A stretch of DNA of 64,000 bases from an uncultured Candidatus Saccharibacteria bacterium (GTDB taxonomy: Bacteria > Patescibacteriota > Dojkabacteria > SC72), in assembly GCA_964610125.1 (NCBI GenBank), contig CAZSUV010000001.1, positions 383,877-447,876 of the forward strand. Reading direction: 5' to 3'. The translations under genes and the position numbers were made by a program. Every line of letters begins with the position of its first letter. Position 1 is the stretch's first letter. Below, piece after piece: positions 28,278-37,517 of this stretch. The notes below the pieces were generated by a model. That model was given only the letters and a program-made list of their open reading frames with translations, had not been told where the DNA came from and did no database searches.

Positions 28278-31031
28278 ATGAAAAAATTGTTTTTAATGAT
28301 TCTAACTTTGGCGATACTATTCTTCTCAAGATTTGAAACAGTTTTTGCATATACATATACTACATGCACTGGTGGAAGTACTTCATGTTCCTGCACTTCA
28401 GGTTCAATAGATTGCCCATGTCCTGATGGTACATGCTACATCACCTGTAACCAGAGAACATGTAGTGACTGTACAAAACAGGGATGTTGGGTAAATGGAG
28501 GCGGAATTACTTGCTATAATATAGGCACATGTACTTGCACTAGCAGCGCAGGAGGCACAAGATATCCTAACGGCTCTTCAGTTTCTTGCTGTAGTCAGAT
28601 TAATTGTAACTGTACACCAACATGTACAGCAGGTGCGTCAACTACGGTGACAGGAAGCCTATGTAGTGCTGGAACATCTAGTTGTTCACAATCAAATTCT
28701 TGTTCCTCATGTACTAGTACAGGAGCAGCTTGTTATTATCCTGAAACGAATGTAATCCCACCAACACCAAATACAATAAGCATGATTATTGATGGTAAAA
28801 CATACCAACTTTCTACCAATCCCAATAATCCAACCAAATTGAAACTTCCAAAGCTTGGAGCCTCAAATGTACAAATTACAGTTCCAACTTTTACAGCACC
28901 AGCTACATCAAGAGGTGGAGGCTATTATTTTACAGCCAACAATTATGGAATCAATGATGAATGGCGAACCTGGGTATCTTGCTCTGGTATAGCGGGTGAA
29001 GATTTCTGTACAACGGTACCAAACACAAACAATACTCAAAGTTTCGTCCCTACCTCTAAGACAATAAATCAAGTACTTAAGGAGGGAGCAACTGGAAAGA
29101 TTTCAGGAATGTATACAACTACTGATAAATGTGGCAATACATATAAATACTCTCTTCCAATAGAGGGTTACTACCTCATAGATACATTACCCCATGTCTC
29201 TCCATCACCAGATTCACCAACAAACAACACAACCATTATTGATCCTCAAGACTTAGTTCCAAGTATAGGAACAGACATTACTACAAATGCATGCCAATCC
29301 TCTACATACACAGGAAGTGAGATTAATAATCCACTTCATATTATTGCCCAAACCTCGGACACTAATACAAATGACGAAATCCAATCCTTTACCATTTGGT
29401 TAAGTCAAGATTCTTCAATTCCGACAACAACAACAATAACTTCATCATACACAGGAAGTACAAATACTGATTTGGGAATAATGATAAAGAAGAATGGCAC
29501 AGATTGGACAAATCCTTCTCTCTATGGCACAAATTCTTCATTAGATTTTGGACAAATTACTGATGGATATATAAAAATTAATAACGAAAATATAATTAGG
29601 ATATATGATCTTTCAGTAACACAAGACACAAATATAATATTTGATTACAAACTTGAATTCTTAAATAATTCAAATACTATATCAGCTCTATACCATATTT
29701 ATGGAGGAGCACTAGACACAAATATGTTTAATGACGCAACTATCGATCAAAGCTATTTTGCAAAATTTTTTGATTGGAATATTGATTTAGTAAACCCAAT
29801 CCTTGACAATATTGTTCAACAAATCCAAAATCCAACAAATACAAATCTAACTTGGTCTGTAACCGATTCTCAAAGTGGTATAGGACGCACTGTCATTAAT
29901 GGGTATCGAACTGGAGGAATAGAAACAGATACCGCAACTCTTTTTGATAAAAATAATACTAATAAGGGAGCATTGAATTTAGTGGCAAAACCACTTGATA
30001 ATGCAATAGGATTATATACAGACACAAATGCATGGATTTTTGATAATAATGCTGGAGAAACCGATCGCCTAAACATTGGTACTAACGAAGGAGGCGCTAT
30101 CGATATATATGTAACAGCATACGATAACGCATGCAATTCAACAAGTACAAGTGAAAAAATAGATTTAGACCCTTGGTTTGCCACACGAGGAGGGGCAGTA
30201 TATTCCGAGAACAATATTTCAAAAGCTCCAAAGGATGTATCGCAAGTATCAAGCCTAGATAACGTCTTCAATTCAAGAACATTGATGACGAAAAGTCTAA
30301 TAGATCTTGGAACTGAACTATTAGCTACAAGAAACACAAATATCTCGGTTCTTATTCACTCTAATAGTGGAGCTGCTAAGGCTATCCTAGCGTACGATTC
30401 AAATAATATTAAATTATATTGGTTCAACACATTGTTGGAGAAATTTAATATATTAGCGAATAAATCTTCACAATTTTCCTCTTTGACTACGCGTACTTCT
30501 ATTGATTGTACAGGGGAAACTTCATGCTATATGCATTCCACAGCCCCAACTGAAGACATACATATTCCAAAAGGTTATCAATGTGATAGACCTACCTTAT
30601 TTATATCAGAAGGAAATATTTACATTGAACCTAATATTACCAGCGATATTACAAAAGCAACGGGTTGTATATTTATAGCAAAGAATAATATATATATTGG
30701 CGCTGGAGATTATCAATCTACTGGAAGTGTAATAGAATATGATTATATAGAAGGTTTCTTAATTGCTGAAAACCAGGTAATTTTCTCTCCTGTAGATACT
30801 AATCAAACCTTACGTGATGGAATAGAAATGTTTGGTGGAATTGTGGCATTTGGATCAAATTCATTACAAGAGGGAAATGCGATTTCGATAGAGCGAAATA
30901 TGCGTTTATTCAATCAAACCAATCCCACTATAGTTTTGACATATGATAATAAATATTCATATCTTTCTACTTTTTTCTTTGGTACAGAAGCTACAATATA
31001 TAAGCAAGAAGTTGGCTTTAAATCTTTTTAG
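28278..31031 (+). CDS. Cassette gene B2: large secreted Cys-rich-N-terminus protein (paralog of B1)
   Basis: 917 aa with a signal peptide (ETVFA-YTYT) and a Cys-rich N-terminal domain sharing CSQSNSCSSCTSTGAACYYPETN with B1. Alignable with B1 over its full length. Ends ...YKQEVGFKSF. Confidence 0.75.
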   Translation: MKKLFLMILTLAILFFSRFETVFAYTYTTCTGGSTSCSCTSGSIDCPCPDGTCYITCNQRTCSDCTKQGCWVNGGGITCYNIGTCTCTSSAGGTRYPNGSSVSCCSQINCNCTPTCTAGASTTVTGSLCSAGTSSCSQSNSCSSCTSTGAACYYPETNVIPPTPNTISMIIDGKTYQLSTNPNNPTKLKLPKLGASNVQITVPTFTAPATSRGGGYYFTANNYGINDEWRTWVSCSGIAGEDFCTTVPNTNNTQSFVPTSKTINQVLKEGATGKISGMYTTTDKCGNTYKYSLPIEGYYLIDTLPHVSPSPDSPTNNTTIIDPQDLVPSIGTDITTNACQSSTYTGSEINNPLHIIAQTSDTNTNDEIQSFTIWLSQDSSIPTTTTITSSYTGSTNTDLGIMIKKNGTDWTNPSLYGTNSSLDFGQITDGYIKINNENIIRIYDLSVTQDTNIIFDYKLEFLNNSNTISALYHIYGGALDTNMFNDATIDQSYFAKFFDWNIDLVNPILDNIVQQIQNPTNTNLTWSVTDSQSGIGRTVINGYRTGGIETDTATLFDKNNTNKGALNLVAKPLDNAIGLYTDTNAWIFDNNAGETDRLNIGTNEGGAIDIYVTAYDNACNSTSTSEKIDLDPWFATRGGAVYSENNISKAPKDVSQVSSLDNVFNSRTLMTKSLIDLGTELLATRNTNISVLIHSNSGAAKAILAYDSNNIKLYWFNTLLEKFNILANKSSQFSSLTTRTSIDCTGETSCYMHSTAPTEDIHIPKGYQCDRPTLFISEGNIYIEPNITSDITKATGCIFIAKNNIYIGAGDYQSTGSVIEYDYIEGFLIAENQVIFSPVDTNQTLRDGIEMFGGIVAFGSNSLQEGNAISIERNMRLFNQTNPTIVLTYDNKYSYLSTFFFGTEATIYKQEVGFKSF

Positions 31032-31081
31032 ATAATGATATACTGAAGACTTACTTAATCTGCTCTATATAAATAATAAAT

Positions 31082-31837
31082 ATGGTCAAACCATTCCTCT
31101 ACTTTGACACCGAAACAACAGATATTCAGGTAAAAGACCTAATACAATTAGCTTTCATCACTGACTCAGAAGTTAAACTTAATATGTATTTCAAGCCAAA
31201 ACAAAATATCGCGTTTGCTGCTATGGCAGTACACCATATAACACCTGAATTTTTAGAAGATAAACCATATCTAGAAGAAGCAAAACTTCCACTTGAGAAC
31301 ATTGATCCCGACTTCATCGGCGAGACCCTTGAGGATTATTTACACTTCCTCGCAGACAAATATATATGGGTAGCACATAATGTTGATTTTGATTTAGAAG
31401 TACTCGATAGAAAAGGAATCAAGATTCCCAATAGCATATGCACGCTTAAATTAGCACGGAACATGTTCTACGAAGGAGATCACGACCTGGAAAGTTATGC
31501 ACTTCAGTATTTAAGATATTTTCTTGGTCTATACAAAAATGAGAATTTAGAGCATAACACAGCTCATGATGCTTTAAGTGATGTATATTTCCTTCGAGAT
31601 TTATTTCATTACATGCAAGCAAATAGTACATTAAGTGCCGAGAATATGATTCTCATCTCAAAAGAGCCTCAGTTTATGAGACAAATGACATTTGGTAAGT
31701 ATGCGGGAAAAACACTAGAAGACATTGCACGAACAGATAAGGGATACTTAGAATGGATAGTAGACACAATGCTAGATAAACCAGATTTACAATGGAATGC
31801 TAAAAGAGTTTTGGGAAATGGATTAACATTATTTTAA
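31082..31837 (+). CDS. DEDDh-family 3'-5' exonuclease (DnaQ/epsilon-like) with a C-terminal KYxGKTLxEI...YLxW domain
   Basis: Exo I FDTETTD, Exo II HNVDFDLEVL, Exo III HTAHDALSDVYF. The C-terminal ~60 aa (FGKYAGKTLEDIARTDKGYLEWIVD) resembles the small domain appended to some exonuclease X-like proteins. Confidence 0.7.
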   Translation: MVKPFLYFDTETTDIQVKDLIQLAFITDSEVKLNMYFKPKQNIAFAAMAVHHITPEFLEDKPYLEEAKLPLENIDPDFIGETLEDYLHFLADKYIWVAHNVDFDLEVLDRKGIKIPNSICTLKLARNMFYEGDHDLESYALQYLRYFLGLYKNENLEHNTAHDALSDVYFLRDLFHYMQANSTLSAENMILISKEPQFMRQMTFGKYAGKTLEDIARTDKGYLEWIVDTMLDKPDLQWNAKRVLGNGLTLF

Positions 31838-31855
31838 TTGATATACTATAAAGTA

Positions 31856-32809
31856 ATGAAACATAAACAATACCCGGCGCAAGCCTTGGCCATAGCTATG
31901 GTTGTGCTTGTTGTATCTTCAATCTTAGCAATTTCAATATATTCTCGAGTATCAAAAGACAAAACACTCTCCCTTGATGAGAGGAATTCTGCTGAAGCTT
32001 TAGAAGTATCAGACTTGATTCTTAACTATCTAACAGCATCACCAATCGAAAAAACAATTGCATTAATAGAACAAGACGGGCTTCAATCATTAGACTCAGG
32101 GATAGGAATAACATTAACTGAGAATTCAACAAAAACAGAGATAAGTGATTTGCTAAATAGTATTACAAATAATACCAATAGCATAGATAACCTGAGTATA
32201 TGCCCGTTGCCTGTATCGGATAATACATACTTCCTCAATATTAGAAAAGCCGACTTAGATACGTATTTTGAAATACGTCCAGGCCAAATAATGGTCTTAC
32301 CAATAAAAAATACCCCCCTTGGGGAAGATTGTAATACTATCGTGAGAGCAGCTGTACGAGGAGATTCAGGCGCTGGATTCACAGTCACATACATATATGC
32401 AAAGAACTATGATACAGATGGATATGCAAGAACATATAAACCATATGCTGAAGCAGATGTCTTACACTATTGTTTCGCAACTTCTGGTCAGTGCAATAAT
32501 ACCACCTCCTTTGGAGGAGGGCTAAACTGGATTCCATACCCTGGAGAGATAGTAGTGGATCTGCGAGATAATACATACTCTTCTGATGGTTATACGCTTG
32601 ACGAAGTAAAAATAACTGCTGTTGGAGGAACAATAGGAATTGCTTACAATATCCCTGCAGCCTGCACAGAAGAACTAAACATGATAAATGTCCAAGCTGG
32701 AGCCAACTGTAGTGGAACATATAGAGGAAAATCTGTTCTAATCCCTGCGAAACAGTGGGAAGTTCCACTCTTTAACTACGTACTTTTCAATGGCGAGGGC
32801 TCACTTTAG
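31856..32809 (+). CDS. Hypothetical membrane-anchored, Cys-containing, Asn/Thr-rich extracytoplasmic protein
   Basis: ATG at 31856 (MKHKQYPAQALAIAMVVLVVSSILAISIYS) is preferred over the upstream TTG used by the ORF track. Single N-terminal TM helix then about 290 aa with paired Cys (CPLPV, CNTIV, CFATSGQC, CTEE...CSGT). No prepilin G-F-T-L-I-E motif. Confidence 0.5.
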   Translation: MKHKQYPAQALAIAMVVLVVSSILAISIYSRVSKDKTLSLDERNSAEALEVSDLILNYLTASPIEKTIALIEQDGLQSLDSGIGITLTENSTKTEISDLLNSITNNTNSIDNLSICPLPVSDNTYFLNIRKADLDTYFEIRPGQIMVLPIKNTPLGEDCNTIVRAAVRGDSGAGFTVTYIYAKNYDTDGYARTYKPYAEADVLHYCFATSGQCNNTTSFGGGLNWIPYPGEIVVDLRDNTYSSDGYTLDEVKITAVGGTIGIAYNIPAACTEELNMINVQAGANCSGTYRGKSVLIPAKQWEVPLFNYVLFNGEGSL

Positions 32810-32848
32810 TAACTTACAAGTTCGAAATCTAAAATATTGAATTGAAAT

Positions 32849-34552
32849 ATGCCAGCTAATAGATATTGCATAAAACTAGGCGGAGAATCTGGGCAAGGAA
32901 TTAACACTCTTGGTTTGCTTCTCAGTAAAGCCATGAAATCAATAGGATATAACATTTTTTCATATCGTGAATACCCATCCCTGATTAAAGGTGGTATAGC
33001 CTCATATCAAATTGATCTCGCAAATAAATACATAGCTTCATCCTCAAAATCATGCCATATATTGGTAATATTAGATCCTGAAGCAGTACATGAATATCTT
33101 CATTCCCTGAATGCTAATGGTATTTTACTATATGATGATAAGCAAGTAGTATTTACACAAGAAGAACAAGATTGGATAAAACAAAATAATGTTCATACCA
33201 TTTACCTAGATTCACAGGCAATGGCTGTCAATGCAGGAGGTTCTCCAATCATGTCGAATATTGTCATGACTAGCTTCCTTTGGAAGCTACTAGCGTTTAA
33301 CCCAGAAGATCTTACAAATATTGTTAAAGAGATATTTACCTCTAAAGGAGATGATGTAATAAACAAAAATATTCTCTGTTTAAATGCCGGATACAATGCT
33401 TCGGAATTCAAAGACGAATATTTACAAAATACACTCATTCCAGAACAGCTCAAGCAAGAAAATAACAGTAAAATATTAACGGGAAATGATGCAATTGCAT
33501 TAGGAGCAATATCCGCAGGAGTACGTGCATACTACGGTTACCCAATGACTCCAGCAACCACCATATTCAAATATTTAGGTAATACATATAAAGAGACAGG
33601 TATACTCATTAAACAAGCAGAAAGCGAAATTACAGCCGTACAAATGGCACTGGGAAGTATGGCCATGGGAACCAGAGCACTAACAGCAACATCAGGAGGT
33701 GGCTTTGATTTAATGCAAGAAACCATATCGTGTGCAGGAATAACAGAAACACCATTAGTCATAGTATTAGCACAAAGAATAGGGGCAGGCACAGGAGTAC
33801 CCACATGGACAGGAAGCAGTGATATCCATACAGCAGTAAAATCTGGACATGGTGAATTTCCAAAAGCAGTACTTTGTGTAAGTGATATACAATCAGGATA
33901 TATACTAATCCAACAAGCTTTCAATATCGCAGAAATATATCAAATCCCCGTAATAGTTCTAACTGAGAAGCAGATAGCTGAATCCCTCTTTACAGTCGAC
34001 ACTCTCCCGCAACCATTACAAATTCAAAGAGGAACATACGATGGAGAAAGTAGATACACGATAACCAATACAGGAATATCACCAAGATGGATACCAAGTT
34101 TTGACAAAAAACCATATCTAAATACAAGTGACGAACATAATCAAAATAGCCAAAGTACAGAAAATGGGGAAGAGATAAAAGCAATGTCAGATAAAAGGAT
34201 GCAGAAACATGCAACATTGTTAAGTAATCTACCCGAACCAACCCTCTATGGAGACCCTAATGCACCAACAGTGTTAATTGGTTGTGGAAGTACAAAAAAT
34301 CCTGTCATAGATGCAATAAATGAAGGAATGAACATTGCATACCTCCATTATGAATATCTGTATCCAACTAAAACACAAACTCTAATGAATTTAGTATCTT
34401 CTGGCAAACGAATAATCCTAGTTGAGAATAACCAAACAGGCGAATTAGGAAAGATATTAACAGAAGCTTCAGGCTATCAATTTAAGGAAAAAGTTTTAAA
34501 ATATGACGGAAGACCATTCTTCCTAGAAGATATATTAAACATACAAATATAA
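32849..34552 (+). CDS. 2-oxoacid:ferredoxin oxidoreductase, fused gamma-alpha subunit
   Basis: N-terminal gamma-like domain (GGESGQGINTLGLLLSKAM...YPSLIKGG) followed by an alpha domain (GNDAIALGAISAGVRAYYGYPMTPATT). Confidence 0.8.
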   Translation: MPANRYCIKLGGESGQGINTLGLLLSKAMKSIGYNIFSYREYPSLIKGGIASYQIDLANKYIASSSKSCHILVILDPEAVHEYLHSLNANGILLYDDKQVVFTQEEQDWIKQNNVHTIYLDSQAMAVNAGGSPIMSNIVMTSFLWKLLAFNPEDLTNIVKEIFTSKGDDVINKNILCLNAGYNASEFKDEYLQNTLIPEQLKQENNSKILTGNDAIALGAISAGVRAYYGYPMTPATTIFKYLGNTYKETGILIKQAESEITAVQMALGSMAMGTRALTATSGGGFDLMQETISCAGITETPLVIVLAQRIGAGTGVPTWTGSSDIHTAVKSGHGEFPKAVLCVSDIQSGYILIQQAFNIAEIYQIPVIVLTEKQIAESLFTVDTLPQPLQIQRGTYDGESRYTITNTGISPRWIPSFDKKPYLNTSDEHNQNSQSTENGEEIKAMSDKRMQKHATLLSNLPEPTLYGDPNAPTVLIGCGSTKNPVIDAINEGMNIAYLHYEYLYPTKTQTLMNLVSSGKRIILVENNQTGELGKILTEASGYQFKEKVLKYDGRPFFLEDILNIQI

Positions 34553-35409
34553 TGGCAATAGATTTAAACGAATACAACTCAAATTTGAAACCCACATGGT
34601 GCCCAGGATGTGGAAATTTCCTAATACACATGTCTTTGAAAAAAGCACTTTCCGAACTAGACATAACCCCATCACAAACATATATAGCATTCGACATTGG
34701 TTGCAATGGAAATGGAGCAGACAAAATCAATACATACGCATTTAAGGGATTACATGGAAGATCAATTCCATTAGCCACTGGATTACATTTAGCAAATAGA
34801 AAATTTACTGTAATTGCAGACTTAGGCGATGGTGCATGTTTCCATGAAGGCTTAGATCATCTGATACATGCCATCCGTTCAAACTATGACATTACAATAA
34901 TAATACATAACAACCAAAACTTTGCATTAACCACAGGACAAGCAACACTTACAACAGATGAAGAAAAACCAATGTATGGACTCCCAGATAGCAAGCCTGA
35001 GAGGACCTTAGAGCCATCTGAAATAATCCTAAGCGCTAATCCGTCCTTGTATGCACGAGGATATTCTGGAGATATGCAACAAATGACCGAACTAATCAAA
35101 GCAGGAATACAAAACAAAGGATGTAGTGTTATTGAAATCATGCAACTATGTCCAACCTACAATGAAGAATGTACTCCACAATGGTTTATGCAACGAATAC
35201 ACAAAGTTGAAGACACCAACAGAACATTAGAAGAAGCGAGAAAGATAAGTACAATTACTGATGAAAGCATAAATACTGGTATAATATATCGTAATACTGG
35301 ACTTAAAACATTCTACGAACTACTAGAAAATCGAAAAGATACACCAACCGAACTAGTAGACGAAGTAAAACAGTATGATGTCCAAAAATTATTTGACCAA
35401 TTTAAATAA
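34552..35409 (+). CDS. 2-oxoacid:ferredoxin oxidoreductase beta subunit (TPP-binding)
   Basis: WCPGCGNF near the N-terminus and a GDGxxxxEG-type TPP fold (DLGDGACFHEG). ATGG start/stop overlap with the alpha gene. Confidence 0.8.
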   Translation: MAIDLNEYNSNLKPTWCPGCGNFLIHMSLKKALSELDITPSQTYIAFDIGCNGNGADKINTYAFKGLHGRSIPLATGLHLANRKFTVIADLGDGACFHEGLDHLIHAIRSNYDITIIIHNNQNFALTTGQATLTTDEEKPMYGLPDSKPERTLEPSEIILSANPSLYARGYSGDMQQMTELIKAGIQNKGCSVIEIMQLCPTYNEECTPQWFMQRIHKVEDTNRTLEEARKISTITDESINTGIIYRNTGLKTFYELLENRKDTPTELVDEVKQYDVQKLFDQFK

Positions 35410-37517
35410 TGGAAAATGTAATATTCTCTCCTAAATCAATTGCAATAGTAGGTGCATCCCAAGATTCAGAAAAAATAGCTTCGGTCATATTAAAAAATCT
35501 TCTAGAAGGTGGATACAATGGGAAGGTATTTCCAATTAACCCCAAATATGAAGAAATTCAAGGAAGACAGGCATATCCCGATATTCTTTCTATTAAAGAA
35601 AATATTGATTTAGTATGTATAGCAATCCCATATCAATTTGTAGATACAATCATAGATCAGTGTATAGAGAAGAAAGTAAAATCAGTAGTTATAATTACTG
35701 CAGGATTTAAAGAAACAGGAGATGAGGGCAAAGCATTAGAATTAAAAATTGCAGAAAAATTACAAATTGCAGGAATTAGATTGCTTGGACCTAACTGTCT
35801 TGGATTCATAAACAACAAAGCCAAGATAAATCTGTCTTTTGCTAGGCAGAATCCTGGAGATGGGAATATTGCATTTGTATCACAATCAGGAGCATTTTGT
35901 ACTGCAATTCTAGATATGGCTTGTGAAAGTGGAATTGGATTCTCCCATATTATCTCCTTGGGAAATAAGGCAGATATACATGAGAACGAATTAATGCAAG
36001 ACTTACTTTTTGACAAAGAAGTAAAAGCATTAGCTTTGTATCTTGAGGAATTTGCGGATGGAAAAGAATTCATTTCCCTTGCTCAAAAGGCTAAAAAACC
36101 TATCTTACTCATAGCACCTGGTAGTTCTGAGAAAGCTAAACAAGCAATCTCATCCCATACAGGATCTCTTGCTTCATCATATGACACTATTGTTGCCGCT
36201 GTTAAAAAAGGAAACATCATTATGGCAGATAATTCAGAAGACCTCTTTGAGTTAATCATGCTCATAAACCAAGATGCTATACCAGATGGAAGAAAAATTG
36301 CAATAATAACCAATGCCGGTGGACCTGGAATACTTGCCACAGATGCAGTAGAAAAAGAGAATCTTGAGTTAACTGAAATAGGGGAAAAGACAAAGCAAAA
36401 ACTACTTAAGGTCTTGCCTAGAGAGTCAAACATTAAAGATCCTATTGATCTCCTAGGAGATGCAAAAAGCGATCGATATGAATTAGCAATAGAAACAGTA
36501 TTAGAAGAGAAAGATGTGGATTCAATATTTGCAATCTTAACACCACAGCTAATTACAGACATTGAAGGTACTGCTCAGAAGATTGTCGATATGAGTAAAC
36601 AAACATCCAAACCCATCTATGCATGTTTCTTAGGAGGGAAAGATGTAAAAGCAGGGTTTAGGATACTAAAGCATAACAATCAACCATCATTTAATGATAT
36701 TCAGGAAGGCATACACCTAATAGCCAAATTGGCAAAATTTGAAGAAAACAAAGAAAAGACAAAAGTAGTTAATTGTGAAGATTACAAAGTAAGGGCTAAG
36801 CACAAGAAAGAAGTTAGCGAATATACTAATGAGGATGAAATCAGGATATTGCCTGAGAATCTTGCTATAGCATTACTTCAGGAATTCAAAATTGATATAC
36901 CACAAGAATTAGTAACTGGGAGTATAGAAGAAGCTGTAGATTTCGCAGCAATGAATTTTCCCGTAGCAATAAAAGCTATAGCTAAAGATTTAGCACATAA
37001 AACAGATTTCAAGGGTATATATCTTGATATTAGAACTATCTCGGAATTTGAGGAAAAATTTGTGGAATTAAGAGAAAATATCTCAAAAATAACAGGTAAT
37101 CCTGCACCAGAAATTCTTGTTCAAGAAATGATAGATGGAAAAGTCGAATTCTTCATTGGTGCAAATAGAGAAGGAGATTCCCATATCTACGAAAAGAATG
37201 GAAAAGGATTTGGACATCTCTTGGCAATTGGTCAGGGAGGTATCTATACAGAGGTATATAAAGACATTAAGCATATACTTGTACCTGAAAATGATGAAAA
37301 GATTAGAGATCTATTTGATGAAACAAAGATATCTATGATTATAAATGGATATAGAGGAAAACCAGCTTTAGCAAAAGAAAAGATCTTAGATTTAATTACG
37401 AAGATAGAAAAATTGCTAATTAATTATCCTGAAATAATCTCTATGGACATCAATCCTGTAATGATAACTGAAAAACGTGCTGTTGTTGTAGATGCTAAGT
37501 TCTATGTTAAGAAATAG
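35409..37517 (+). CDS. Acetyl-CoA synthetase (ADP-forming), fused alpha-beta (NDP-forming acyl-CoA synthetase)
   Basis: N-terminal CoA-binding Rossmann domain (KSIAIVGASQDSEKIASVILKNL), a succinyl-CoA-synthetase-like ligase domain and a C-terminal ATP-grasp domain. 702 aa. Confidence 0.8.
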   Translation: MENVIFSPKSIAIVGASQDSEKIASVILKNLLEGGYNGKVFPINPKYEEIQGRQAYPDILSIKENIDLVCIAIPYQFVDTIIDQCIEKKVKSVVIITAGFKETGDEGKALELKIAEKLQIAGIRLLGPNCLGFINNKAKINLSFARQNPGDGNIAFVSQSGAFCTAILDMACESGIGFSHIISLGNKADIHENELMQDLLFDKEVKALALYLEEFADGKEFISLAQKAKKPILLIAPGSSEKAKQAISSHTGSLASSYDTIVAAVKKGNIIMADNSEDLFELIMLINQDAIPDGRKIAIITNAGGPGILATDAVEKENLELTEIGEKTKQKLLKVLPRESNIKDPIDLLGDAKSDRYELAIETVLEEKDVDSIFAILTPQLITDIEGTAQKIVDMSKQTSKPIYACFLGGKDVKAGFRILKHNNQPSFNDIQEGIHLIAKLAKFEENKEKTKVVNCEDYKVRAKHKKEVSEYTNEDEIRILPENLAIALLQEFKIDIPQELVTGSIEEAVDFAAMNFPVAIKAIAKDLAHKTDFKGIYLDIRTISEFEEKFVELRENISKITGNPAPEILVQEMIDGKVEFFIGANREGDSHIYEKNGKGFGHLLAIGQGGIYTEVYKDIKHILVPENDEKIRDLFDETKISMIINGYRGKPALAKEKILDLITKIEKLLINYPEIISMDINPVMITEKRAVVVDAKFYVKK

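Noticed and set aside
31838-32809. Type IV pilin / pseudopilin call for the membrane-anchored protein after the exonuclease
   Set aside because: The N-terminus lacks the prepilin peptidase motif (G-F/Y-T/S-L-I/L-E, and Glu at +5). It is only a generic signal-anchor, so it is kept as hypothetical.
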